From: Savitreella phatthalungensis
Lineage: Eukaryota
Direction: 5' to 3'
DNA length: 64,000 bases
Assembly (NCBI GenBank): GCA_051599415.1
Contig: AP039713.1
Span: 62,001 to 126,000 of the forward strand
Below the pieces are notes generated by a model, which did not search any database, was not told where the DNA came from, and worked only from the letters and a program-made list of their open reading frames with translations. This document shows, piece by piece, positions 10,712 to 21,809 of the stretch (the stretch's first letter is position 1; each line of letters begins with the position of its first letter). The position numbers and the translations under genes were made by a program.

Positions 10712-11878
10712 TAGAAGACCAAATGTAGCGCGCGCTTGTGCCTCCCAAGTCCGACAGAGATCAGTAACGATAGCGTCTATCAAGTAAGGCAGTTGAGGAA
10801 ATAGACTGGACAGAGAGAGTGAGCTATGACGATGGAGGTGCTTGCGCGTAGCTATTTGATTGATCCAATGATTGATCGATATCCACTCGGATCATCTGAA
10901 CTCTTCCATTGACGAGCACTAGATGGACACGTGAAATTCCATTCCACTTCTATTTTCAACATTCTGAATGACAGGAGACTGATCCGCAGTCAATACAAGA
11001 TCTGGATTCAAAGGAGCAATCGTCGACCTGGACGCATGAACGGGCGCATGAACTGTTGATGGGCTGCATTGAGCAACAAAAAACCCAACTGGAAGAGATC
11101 GGATGCAGACATACACATAAAACATTCTACAGTTCAGGAAAGATGCACAGGAAAGGTACAAATTGATTGTGTATGACAAGAAACACGTGAAAGAATCCAT
11201 CAGGCTGAACTCAATTTTTTCAAAACTGATCAGTTACCCACGAATTTCTCACCCTTCCTATCCATAAATTCCTGAGCGCTCAGCACTCAATAATTCTCAA
11301 CAGAATATCATTAAAAGCTGAGATCTATTCACTTCTTTTGCCTTAAGAATTTGAATTGGTTATCTTATTGTTGAATCGGTCAATCCAGTAGCGGTTCAGT
11401 TCTCTCGCTCTCATTCTCTCCCACTGACTCAGTCTGGCTGGGTATTGGCTATCGTGTAGGTGTGCCTCTCGCTCGCTCTACCTCTCATGCTACCACCTAC
11501 CCAGCTACCCTACCTTCTCACTCAATCTGTCCTCGTGTGCGCGTGTGTGTGCTTGTGTGTGTGTGTGTGTGTGAGTGAGCGAGTGAGTGAGTGACTGAGC
11601 AAGTGTCAGGCAGCAAATACCCTCACCACACCAAGCGCTGTAGCAGCACCTGCACCAGCACCACCAGCACCACCACCGGTAGTAGCAGCATACTCTGCTA
11701 GTCAGCCAGCGAGCAACCAACCAACCACCAAGCTATCCACAGCACACAGGCTTACCCGGTATCCACACAATCATCCGCTACACTCACCAACTTCACTCGC
11801 CCTCGACCATATCAGCACGGCCCCTGACAATCTATACAAGTCAGGAATCTCGCGCGACACTCTTCATCTCGACTCAAG

Positions 11879-12799
11879 ATGCCGTAAGTCAATCCATCCC
11901 ATGTGTGAATGCTACAGGAAGGTACATGCTGTTGATGCTCAAGATGTTGCTTGCTCTTCGATCAGGAGGGGAAAAAATCATCGTTTGCAGGTCGCTGCTC
12001 GAACGGTGTGAGGGAAAACGGGATATGGTTGCCCAGGTCTGTGACTTTGCAGGTATACAGTGCGCGACACATACTGTCTTACTACCAGATTTGCGTCGCG
12101 CTTGCGATACTCAGCTGGCATACAGTCAAGTTTGTCGCTGGACCTGCGCACCAGGGAGAGCCTGGACGTATCTGGTGACGACCTTGCGCAAATCATTCCG
12201 CCTGTTCACGACCGCTGCCCTCCCCCAAGAGCTTCAGAAGCGCACTTGGACATGACAGCATGACCTTCCGTCAATAGCACACACAGACCCTGAGAGAGTA
12301 CATTACTGACCCTGTCGCTAGTCACTCATTCGGTCTCCGCGCACGTACCAGACATGCCTTCGCCCGTAACTTCCGGGAGAAGGGTATGATCCGTCTGTCT
12401 ACCTACCTGAAGACATACAAGGTAGGAGACATTGTTGATGTCGCCGTCAACGGTGCCGTTCAGAAGGGTATGCCACACAAGTACTACCACGGCAAGACCG
12501 GTATCGTCTACAACGTTACCAAGTCATCTGTCGGTGTCATCTTCTACAAGGTCGTCAACGGCCGCTACCTCGAGAAGCGCGTCAACGTCCGCATCGAGCA
12601 CGTCAAGCACTCCAAGTGCCGTGACGACTTCCTTCGTCGTGTGAAGGAGAACGCTCGCCGGAACAAGGAGGCAAAGGCAAAGGGTGAGACCGTGCTGCTG
12701 AAGCGTCTGCCTGCCGCACCACGTGAGGCACGCACAGTCCAGACCGAGGGCAACGCACCGGAGAACCTTCACCCGGCTGCATACGAGACCTACATTTGA
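11879..12799 (+). CDS. RPL21: 60S ribosomal protein L21 (eL21); exons 11879-11883 and 12322-12799
   Basis: ATG CC|gtaagt...tactgac..ctag|T CAC gives [54 protein letters not shown]. Confidence 0.97.
11884..12321 (+). other. Spliceosomal intron of RPL21 (438 nt), extensively self-complementary
   Basis: GTAAGT donor, TACTGAC branch at 12304-12310, TAG acceptor. Splicing restores the eL21 N-terminus. Confidence 0.93.
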
Positions 12800-13485
12800 G
12801 CATGGAACACAGGAAGGACAATCAAGCAAAAAGGGCTGGATCTTCGCATCCTGCTATTGTGCGTCCTGTCTCTGTCTTTTTCACTCTCTCTCATGTCTGT
12901 TCCGTCGTCGTCTCGATGGATACTTCCCTCATCATACACACACATCCGGACCCTTTTCATTCCCCGTAAAGGTCTACCATACGCATGGCCAATCTTATGC
13001 AATGACTTCATTCTCACACTTTATCCTTTCCATGTTTGGTCCGTGCTATCTTTCAATTGTGCATATCGATCATCCAAGCCCTTGTCGGCCTGGGAAAGAC
13101 CTTCTTATCTAACTAAAACCGACGCTGTGAACTAGCCATGAACTTCAGCTGAACTCTATGTAAGGATAGCTAGATGTGCCCCCTTACAGCTTTGAAGCTC
13201 TGTCGCTGAACGGTCTTCTTCACGTGCAAAATCAGATGTGCCTTTTTGTCTCTTGAAATCTCTGATGGATGCATGGAAACATGGTTGACAGAATCTTGTG
13301 CTGGATCGTGGTTGATTGATTGATTGATTGAATGATTGAATGATTGATGTGATTAGAGCTTTCGTCATAGCTTCTCCCAAGGCACCGACAAATAGACTAT
13401 ACACACACGCCACGCAACGCTATCTAAGCATCAATAGTACTAGTGACGATGATCTCTGCTCTGTGATCAACCTCGGAAACATCCC

Positions 13486-14600
13486 ATGAACAAGGCTTCA
13501 CAAACAGATCGAGCCGACGTGGTGACCGCGGCCACCATTAAGCAAGCACCTGGTCACAGAGATCCACCTGCATCAGCACACTTCATCGCTGGAGGGTAAG
13601 CATATCGCAAGCTAGAAAGAGCGCATATGACAGAATCTGGAACACACAACTGACGTGATTTAGCATCGCGGGTATTGCAGGAGCCCTAGTCACATCACCG
13701 CTCGATGTCATCAAGACAAGACTGCAGAGTGACTTTTACAAAGACCGCATAGTCGTCCGCAGCTTGGCCACCAATGCAGGTCTCATGCGGAAAGGGGTAT
13801 ATCACGTGACCGACACCTTCCGAATGCTCGGAGAGATCTACCGTGTAGAGGGTGGACGGGCGTTATTTCGCGGTCTGGGTCCAAATCTGATCGGGATCGT
13901 GCCTGCGCGGAGCATAAACTTTTTCGTCTATGGAAACGGCAAGCGCGCGATAGCCAACACCTTCAACAACGGACAGGAGAACGCATACGTGCATCTCTCG
14001 GCTGCCGCCCTTGCAGGTATTGCTACATCTACAGCAACAAATCCGATCTGGCTTGTCAAGACCCGTCTCCAGCTCGACCGCTCCCACAACGACCCCACAC
14101 GCCGCCTGTACAGTGGCAGCTTTGACTGTATTCGCAAAGTCCTTCGCCACGAAGGCATCCCAGGTCTGTACAGAGGACTGACGGCGAGCTACCTCGGTGT
14201 GTCAGAGAGCACGATTCAGTGGACGACTTATGAGTACTTCAAGTCGGTGCTTGCGCGGCGACGCGAGCGACGACTTGCGCAGGGTCTCCCAGACAACACG
14301 ACGTTCGAGAGCGTGGTCGAATGGGCGGGCAAGCTGGGCGCTGCTGCAGGTGCAAAGCTGATCGCCGCAGGCATCGCTTACCCGCACGAAGTCGTCCGGA
14401 CAAGGCTGAGACAGGCCCCCTCCACCCACGACGGTCGAGCAAAGTACACGGGACTCGTCCAATGCTTCAGGCTCGTCCTCAAAGAAGAAGGCGCAGGCGC
14501 TCTCTACGGAGGTCTCACAGCTCACCTCCTCAGAGTCGTCCCAAATGCAGCCATCATGTTTGGCACCTACGAGCTCGTCCTCGCCCTTTTCGAGGCGTGA
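13486..14600 (+). CDS. RIM2: Mitochondrial pyrimidine-nucleotide carrier (SLC25A33/36 type); exons 13486-13595 and 13664-14600
   Basis: HFIAGG|IAG..TSPLDVIKTRLQ spans a 68-nt GTAAGC..CTGAC..TAG intron. Also TNPIWLVKTRLQL, YPHEVVRTRLRQ and GLGPNLIGIVPARSINF. Confidence 0.92.
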
Positions 14601-14916
14601 ACTTCCGGTGCACTCCATCACATCACCACACTCTCTTGTACAGTAGATCAAGTCCTCCCTAAGGTAGAAAGTTTACGAAAGACATCTCTCTCATGCATTC
14701 CTACGAATGATCGATCCGATCGTTGCCGCTTTAGCTCTTGCTCGATGCTTCATTATTTTTGCCGCGTGACCTGGTAAACATGCACACACGCGCGTAAAAA
14801 AGTGTGGGGTCTGGAAGCTCTTATTGACAGCACCTGACGAGCTGCGAAGGATACATCAACAGGATAGATCATCGCTGAACTAGTTCCCTGCTCATGACTT
14901 TGCGGTGTTGAGATAA

Positions 14917-16671
14917 ATGACGCAGGTAGACCTGCCGGCAACGCTGCTGCCGCATGATATCGCCATCAGCAAGCTCGTGGGATACTACCTTGGAAACGCG
15001 GATTGTGCTGCTGGCGGCGCACTGCAAGCTAGGTACAGCGCCTTCTTGTGCTTCATCTTCCGCCTCACGAATCTGCCTTCACAAGACCTGGCGTCAAAGT
15101 ACGATGCACATGTTTTCAAGCAGGAACTCACAGAAGTCCTAGGCGACCAGCTCAGTCAGCCCATCCTCACACAGCTCGACCACGACCTGCTAGAGCTCAC
15201 TGGCGAAAGGGACACATTCGCATCCTCACAGGCAGGTCCACATGACCCGCTTCACCACGCCAGAAACGATATCGAGCGCTGGATCTCCAACGACGTAAGC
15301 CTGTCGGACGACAACTACGTGCGGGCGAATTCGTATCTCGGCGTCTACCTGCGCAGAAACGCGCTCGCGCTTCGTCAGATGTCGTTTAGGCAGACGCTGC
15401 GACTGCAGGAGAACCTGCGTCGGTGGTGGGCAGGTGAGACCCTGAAACGGCCTCGTCACATTACAGACGACCCCGCAGAGCACAGTCGAGAACTGTTCCT
15501 GGACGCATGGAAGCAGGCGGACTACAGCACAGCACTTGAGCACCTCTCACGTCACTTTGACTACGTCGAACGTCAACAACCTCACGACAGCGGTCCTCCC
15601 ACCACCTCATCACAACTGTCGTACCAGTATGCACTCCTCAACCTCGCACTCCTCCAGTCAGATTTCAGGTGCGATCGTGAAGCGCTCTGGGCCGTGCACG
15701 AGGCGATCGATGCAGCGAGGGATAACAAGGATGTTGTGTGTCTGAACATCGCGCTCGCCTGGCTGTCGGAGCTGGTGATGCACGACGAGGAGGCCGTGAG
15801 CGAAGGCAGCTACCTGCGGGAGGAAGATACGAATTTGTACGTGATCAAGCGGGCGAGGGACAACAACTTGCCAGCGATCGAGTCCCGCGCCTGGCTGTCC
15901 CGGCGAGCAGGATCTGCTCGAGAAGCACTCGAAAACCTGACGAGGTCGACGCGCGTCGCCATCGACTCCAATACCTCATACTCGCTCGCACAGTTCGCAG
16001 CCATGCATGACTTCTGGCGAGACGCAGACCAACCGTCCCTCGCAGCTGCCGCCCTCCTCCTCGCCTCGGTCTTCGCCGACACGACGGAGGTGAACGAGGA
16101 TGTGGCAGTCGTCAAGTGTCGAGCCGCTCAGAACGCATGGCAAGCCGGTGATCGTGATACCGCACGGACCGCCATCACAGATGCTTTATCACAGAGCGAG
16201 GGGATTGTTATCTGCGAAGACATCTATCGTTCTCAGCTTGCTGTCTTTGACGCCGAAAGCCGCGAGGGTGGGATGACAGTCGATCAGCTGGCGTTTGTGG
16301 TTGCAGGCAACACGGCACGTGCAGATAACATTCAGCTTCGCCACCTAGAGACCGCCGTCCTCCAACTCATCCAAGAAGGGCAGTATACACGGGCACAGCA
16401 GATCCTCGACCTGAAGTTGAAACCGATCGTCGGCAGAGGTCTAGCACAGCAACCTCAGCAGAGGCATGCAATCTCAGAACTCCTCAACGCCAAACTTGCA
16501 CACGCCACAGGAGAGCACGAGACCGCACTCCTACACGCAGCCAAGGCCATGCGCATCGCAGCAGCCTATCGTCTACGGTACCAACTCTCCGAGGTAAGAG
16601 CGTTTGTCACCACACTCGCACACGACGTTCGTCAAAAGACTGAGCTTGGAAGATCTCTGGCGGTACGGTGA
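14917..16671 (+). CDS. APC5: Anaphase-promoting complex subunit 5
   Basis: Apc5 domain DYSTALEHLSRHFDY..YQYALLNLALLQSDF..EAIDAARDNKDVVCLNIALAWL, plus N-terminal SYLGVYLRR. Confidence 0.88.
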   Translation: MTQVDLPATLLPHDIAISKLVGYYLGNADCAAGGALQARYSAFLCFIFRLTNLPSQDLASKYDAHVFKQELTEVLGDQLSQPILTQLDHDLLELTGERDTFASSQAGPHDPLHHARNDIERWISNDVSLSDDNYVRANSYLGVYLRRNALALRQMSFRQTLRLQENLRRWWAGETLKRPRHITDDPAEHSRELFLDAWKQADYSTALEHLSRHFDYVERQQPHDSGPPTTSSQLSYQYALLNLALLQSDFRCDREALWAVHEAIDAARDNKDVVCLNIALAWLSELVMHDEEAVSEGSYLREEDTNLYVIKRARDNNLPAIESRAWLSRRAGSAREALENLTRSTRVAIDSNTSYSLAQFAAMHDFWRDADQPSLAAAALLLASVFADTTEVNEDVAVVKCRAAQNAWQAGDRDTARTAITDALSQSEGIVICEDIYRSQLAVFDAESREGGMTVDQLAFVVAGNTARADNIQLRHLETAVLQLIQEGQYTRAQQILDLKLKPIVGRGLAQQPQQRHAISELLNAKLAHATGEHETALLHAAKAMRIAAAYRLRYQLSEVRAFVTTLAHDVRQKTELGRSLAVR

Positions 16672-17342
16672 GGTGACCTGCATTCAATGCAGCGGATCTA
16701 TATCGTACAAGACACTCGAGATCATACATGCCAGCAAGTGTGCACGTGCCACGAACGCAAAGTGCAATCGACTCAACAAGCACGTGCACCAGACGAACAC
16801 TCGCCCGGAGCGTCTCGTCCTTGCCACATATTTCCAGCCACAAACTTTGGGTGGTCAATTTCAGCTTTTCGATGATCGATGCCGCAATCTCCGAGGAACC
16901 CTTTTGTGCGAAGTACTGTGGATGATGACGCACACATTTCTATCATTTCTTCAAAAACACGTGCGGTTGCGTGATTTTCAAGAAAACTTTTTTTTTTCTA
17001 CGCGGAATGCACAAGCAAGCACGCAATCGACCCAAGTGGCGTCGAATCAATGCACAAATTCAATCTCTCACAATCTAACCACAGTCAATCTGTCACAACG
17101 CCATTCCCGCCGTCCACTCGACCTACCTGGTCACCCTCTACAGACTGCACTACCCTGTCACAACCGAAGCTACTATCTTCATCAGATTCAAGCCACGTCC
17201 TCAACCTCGAGTCAGTGTCATTTCCCTGACTCTCTTTCAACCACGCCTGCAGGTATCAAAACACGCAGAGAGGCTCGAGGATCAAGAGATGAGGCCCAAG
17301 TAGCAGCCGCACCGAAGAAACATCAAATACACCGGCGGTAGC

Positions 17343-17389
17343 AGCAGGAGCAGCACTCCCAAAGAGAAAATCAACTCTCTCGAGGTCAA
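17343..17389 (+). promoter_or_regulatory. Candidate sulfur-regulon element shared with the MET3 upstream region
   Basis: AGCAGGAGCAGCACT and AAGAGAA-N12-CGAGGTCAA occur in the same order and gene orientation upstream of MET3. Confidence 0.45.
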
Positions 17390-17835
17390 GAGGTCAAAAG
17401 ACACTCCCGCTCACTAATCCAACAACACCCTCTTACTCGCTCTCTCCAACTCTCTCTCTCTCTCTCTTGCTCCATCGGTCTGACTTTGTCCTTTGGAAGT
17501 CTCATTTCCCCGTCTCGCCATCTCTCTCGCGCACCCTTACTCACTCGGACTCGCTCTCGCACTCGCACTCACACTCACGCAACTACTCCCTTTGGAACGT
17601 TCGAGCTGCTCAGCCATCGACGCGTTAGAAATCAACTTGCTCGATAATCCTCAGTCATCCATCCCTCAGACATCCATCACTTAGACATCGTGACCTCCGT
17701 CTCACTCACGCATCAATACTTGACATCACCTGTCCCCCTCTCTTCCCATCACTCGGACACATCACCTAAACACCTCGACACCTTCGTATCCACACCCTTG
17801 CTTCGCCTCTCTTCTACTCTCGCTCAAGCGCACGC

Positions 17836-18756
17836 ATGCCATCAGTTGAGAACAAGCGACACGACAGTGAGAGCAGCGCCATGAGCAGTGACTCTGACTC
17901 TGACTATGGGTCTGCGTCCTCATCCCAGATCGTCCTCGCGCCAGAGATCTCCTTCTCTCCGAGACACCTACAATTCCTCAACAGCCAGCTGAGCAAACTC
18001 TCTGCCGAGGAGATCATCCGTTGGGCCATCGTCACCCTCCCGGGCCTCTACCAGACCACCGCCATGGGACTCACAGGCATGGTCTCGCTCGACCTGATCA
18101 GCAAGATCTCGGGACCGGGCAAGCACGCAGTCCCACTCATGTTCATCGACACCCTCTACCACTTCCAAGAGACGCTCGACCTAGCAGATCGGATTCGTGC
18201 GCGCTACCCTCAGAGCAACCTGCGAGTGTTCAAGCCAAAGGGATGCGAGACCACATCAGACTTCGAGAAGCAGCACGGTCAGAAGCTATGGGAGACGAAT
18301 GAAGAGCTGTACGACTACCTGGTCAAGGTTGAGCCTGCCCGTCGCGGATATCGCGAGATGGGTGTACGCGCCGTCTTCACGGGCCGCCGGCGCTCACAGG
18401 GAGGAGAGCGCAATGCGACGCCCTTCATCGAGGTCGACGAGACAGGTCTAATCAAGGTCAACCCGCTCGCCAACTGGAATTTCAAGGAGGTCCAGGAGTA
18501 CATCAAGCGCAACGACGTCCCCTACAACGCCCTCCTCGACCAAGGCTACCGGAGCGTCGGCGACTGGCACTCCACACAACCTGTGGCTGACGGCGAAGAC
18601 GAGCGTGCAGGACGATGGAAAGGTCGGGACAAGACCGAGTGCGGACTTCACCAGAACTCCAAATACTTCCAGCACCTCGCTCGCGTCCAAGCAGAAAAGG
18701 AAGCCAAGGCAAAGCAAGAACTTCTCGAGCAAAAGCTCGCCACAGTCGCAGTCTAG
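17836..18756 (+). CDS. MET16: PAPS reductase
   Basis: LYQTTAMGLTG, FIDTLYHFQETL, KVEPARR, TGRRRSQGGER, GYRSVGDWHST and RWKGRDKTECGLH. Confidence 0.97.
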   Translation: MPSVENKRHDSESSAMSSDSDSDYGSASSSQIVLAPEISFSPRHLQFLNSQLSKLSAEEIIRWAIVTLPGLYQTTAMGLTGMVSLDLISKISGPGKHAVPLMFIDTLYHFQETLDLADRIRARYPQSNLRVFKPKGCETTSDFEKQHGQKLWETNEELYDYLVKVEPARRGYREMGVRAVFTGRRRSQGGERNATPFIEVDETGLIKVNPLANWNFKEVQEYIKRNDVPYNALLDQGYRSVGDWHSTQPVADGEDERAGRWKGRDKTECGLHQNSKYFQHLARVQAEKEAKAKQELLEQKLATVAV

Positions 18757-19149
18757 GTCGACCCAACCTCATCTACCTAGACCGCAACAGCCGAAATCGA
18801 AACCAAAAAATGAAGCAAAGGAGTTCTGACGACCTGTTCTCCTCTTCAGAGTCTTTCACACATTTACGACGATACCTCGCATACCTGTAGATATACATCT
18901 CCGAGATAAAAGATATGTCCACTATCCCAAGCTTGTCACTCTGCCTTGAGTCCCTGTCTTCCTCATTGCTTATATCCATATCTTCTGACAAGCTCAGGCG
19001 CATGTTTGTGCATCCAGCATTTGTAACAGTGGAGATGCACGAATGTGATCAAATGGAAGGATAGAACTCGTGCCTGACTAGCATTATCACCAGCATATAC
19101 TGTACTACATCCTGGGGAAGCTGACAGTCAAGAGGCTCTACAGGTCGTA

Positions 19150-20487
19150 ATGCCAGCCTTCCAGCCGCCTGCGAAGATCTTGAACCTTGTCCTCGACGCC
19201 GGACCGATCATCTCCGGCACATTACCCCCGTCCATCTCCGATGCCACGACCACCTACACCACGCCTAGCGTTCTCTCCGAGCTGCGTGACGAGACTGCTC
19301 GTCAGCGCGCCCACCTCCTACTCCCGTCACTCGTAACGCGCGTACCGCGGCCAGCGTCCATGCAATTTGTCCGAGACTTTGCGCGCAAGACAGGTGACCT
19401 AGCAGTCCTCTCCCGTACCGACCTCGAGCTCATAGCCCTCACATACGAGCTCGAGTGCGAAGTCAACGGCGGCGACTGGCGTCTACGCAACGAACCAGGT
19501 CAGAAATCAATCAACGGTCGTCCGCCGGTCCCACAGCCAAAGCCCGATATCCAGTCGGACAAGCATGACGCAGAAACAGGCGCAGACGCAGAATCCTCGC
19601 ACGCAGACGGACCGCAGGATCACCAGCCGGATGAACAGGGGGAAGAGGTCGAGTCGTGGGCCAGCAGACTCAAAAAGCTCAGTCTAGCAGAGAAGGCATC
19701 CACTCCAGCGCCCACACCTGTGACTGCTACAACCCAAACTGAAGCACCAGTTTCATCCGCCGACGAGCCATCCACCACAGACGGGCCATCTACCACAGAC
19801 GAGCCGACAACCACCCAGGAAGACGAAGCTCCAGCGGAGGAGGCTGAAGCCGATGAGGAAGACGACGACGACGATGAAGGATGGATCACCCCATCCAACA
19901 TCGGCAAGCACAAGGTGGCAGACGATGACAACACGACTGCTTCTGCTGGCGAGGAAAAGGTGATGAAGGTGGCATGCGCAAGTGCCGACTACGCGATGCA
20001 GAATGTTCTGCTCCAGATCGGCCTGAACCTGATCTCGAGCGAGGGAAAGCGGATCACGAGCGTGCGTACTTGGGTCCTTCGATGCTACGCCTGCTTCAAG
20101 ACGACGCGCCACATGGACAAGAAGTTCTGTCCATCGTGCGGTGGCGCGACGCTCCTCCGAACGGCCACATCCACAGACTCTAGAGGCCAGCAGCGGGTCC
20201 ACCTGAAGCGCAACTTCCAGTACAACACCCGCGGCACCGTCTACGCCATCCCATCCACCAAAGCCGGCACAGCCAACATGAAAGGCAGAGACAACCTCGT
20301 CCTGCGAGCAGACCAACGTGAGCTCCAAAAGCAAGAAAAGAGAGACAAGTACAAGAAGGAAGTCGACCTCCTCGACCAAGACTCCCTCCCGTCAATCCTC
20401 ACAGGACATCGCAAAGGCCACACGCAGGATCTCACCGTCGGATACGGTAAGCGGAATCCAAACGCCGTCGGTCGAAGGCGCAAGTGA
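19150..20487 (+). CDS. NOB1: 20S pre-rRNA PIN endonuclease Nob1
   Basis: VLDAGP, FARKTGDLAVLSRTDL, GWITPSNI, DYAMQNVLLQIGL and zinc ribbon CYAC..FCPSCG. Confidence 0.96.
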   Translation: MPAFQPPAKILNLVLDAGPIISGTLPPSISDATTTYTTPSVLSELRDETARQRAHLLLPSLVTRVPRPASMQFVRDFARKTGDLAVLSRTDLELIALTYELECEVNGGDWRLRNEPGQKSINGRPPVPQPKPDIQSDKHDAETGADAESSHADGPQDHQPDEQGEEVESWASRLKKLSLAEKASTPAPTPVTATTQTEAPVSSADEPSTTDGPSTTDEPTTTQEDEAPAEEAEADEEDDDDDEGWITPSNIGKHKVADDDNTTASAGEEKVMKVACASADYAMQNVLLQIGLNLISSEGKRITSVRTWVLRCYACFKTTRHMDKKFCPSCGGATLLRTATSTDSRGQQRVHLKRNFQYNTRGTVYAIPSTKAGTANMKGRDNLVLRADQRELQKQEKRDKYKKEVDLLDQDSLPSILTGHRKGHTQDLTVGYGKRNPNAVGRRRK

Positions 20488-20807
20488 GCCCTCTCAAGGC
20501 CTCCCATACATATTACACGTATATTAATGACCTATGATGAATGACCCTGCCGCTTTCCTCGCATCACTCACGTCCACTGTTGGACTGCCTGCGTGTGAAC
20601 GTCCATGTACAGTAGTAGAAGTAGTAGCAGCAGTAGTACAACAAGCATTCCGGATAAAATGATTCGAGCGGAAGTTGCATCACGGAAATCAAACTCTAAA
20701 AATGGAATCAGAAAAAAAAAAGGTTAAATGCGAATGCATGTACGACACTCTCCTCCACGACCTCATCCTCATCATCAGCTTAGACTCACATCATCACCAT
20801 CATCGTC

Positions 20808-21809
20808 ATGGCAGCTAAGCAGGCTGTCGTCGTTCTAGGAGAGATCAAGTTTGCTCAGAGTGCATTGAAGAAGCTAGAATCTGTGGCCAGTGTGACAAAG
20901 CACATCCCTTCGACCAAAGAAGCCTTCCTCGAGACTTGCGCATCAGTCAAGCCAATCGCCATCTACAGACCCCTAGACACTTCTCAGACTGTCGGTCGCT
21001 TCGACTCATCCCTCCTAGATAGTCTTCCATCGAGCGTCAAGTACGTCGCTCACAACGGCGCTGGGTATGATCAAGTGGATGTGGAGCATGCGAGGACGCG
21101 GGGCATCACAGTCAGCAATACACCAGGTGTCGTCAACGAAGCCACAGCCGACACCGCCATGTGGCTCATCCTTGGTGCCCTTCGCAAGTTCGCAGCGCCC
21201 GCACGGTCGTGCGCGGCAGGCAAGTGGCGCGAAGGTCTAGATGTGAGTGCAGACGGGATGGGACGCGACCCACAGGGCAAAGTGGTCGGAATTGTAGGGA
21301 TGGGTGGGATCGGACGTGTGCTTGCACGACGGGCAGCTGCATTCGACATGCGCGTCCAGTACCACAACCGCCGTCAACTGCCAGCAGACCAGGAAGCAGG
21401 AACGGCGTACGTAGACTCGCTCGACAAACTCCTAGCCACCTCCGACGTCATCTCCCTCAACCTGCCCCTCAACAAACACACCCGTCACTACATCTCACAC
21501 GACCAGCTCGCAAAGATGAAGGACGGTGCAGTTCTCATCAACACCGCCAGAGGTCCTGTCGTCGACGAAGCTGCACTCGTGCAAGCCCTCGAATCAGGCA
21601 AGCTCGCCGGCGCAGGACTAGATGTGTTTGAGGAAGAACCAAAAATCCACCAAGGTCTCCTTAACAGCGACAAGGTCATCATGCTACCTCACATCGGCAC
21701 AGTCTCACAAGAAACTCAGCGCGCACTAGAAGAACTCACTCTCGAAAACATCGTCGTCGCCATTCAGACAGGCAAGCTCAAGACACCAGTGCCAGAGCAC
21801 GCACACTAG
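20808..21809 (+). CDS. D-isomer 2-hydroxyacid dehydrogenase (glyoxylate reductase-like)
   Basis: HNGAGYDQVD, GIVGMGGIG, INTARGPVVDE, AGLDVFEEEP and LPHIGT. Confidence 0.93.
   Translation: MAAKQAVVVLGEIKFAQSALKKLESVASVTKHIPSTKEAFLETCASVKPIAIYRPLDTSQTVGRFDSSLLDSLPSSVKYVAHNGAGYDQVDVEHARTRGITVSNTPGVVNEATADTAMWLILGALRKFAAPARSCAAGKWREGLDVSADGMGRDPQGKVVGIVGMGGIGRVLARRAAAFDMRVQYHNRRQLPADQEAGTAYVDSLDKLLATSDVISLNLPLNKHTRHYISHDQLAKMKDGAVLINTARGPVVDEAALVQALESGKLAGAGLDVFEEEPKIHQGLLNSDKVIMLPHIGTVSQETQRALEELTLENIVVAIQTGKLKTPVPEHAH

Noticed and set aside
11905..12255. 116-aa ORF inside the RPL21 intron
   Set aside because: GTG start and no homing-endonuclease or other recognisable motif.
16604..17341. 245-aa ORF overlapping the APC5 end and MET16 promoter
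   Set aside because: Non-ATG start, runs through a poly-T promoter tract, and has no domain.
17281..17400. ATCAAGAG upstream of MET16 resembling the start of a SAM-I riboswitch
   Set aside because: The other SAM-I core elements (GAGGGA..GGCCC, GCAACC, GTGC, closing GAT of P1) are not present in order.
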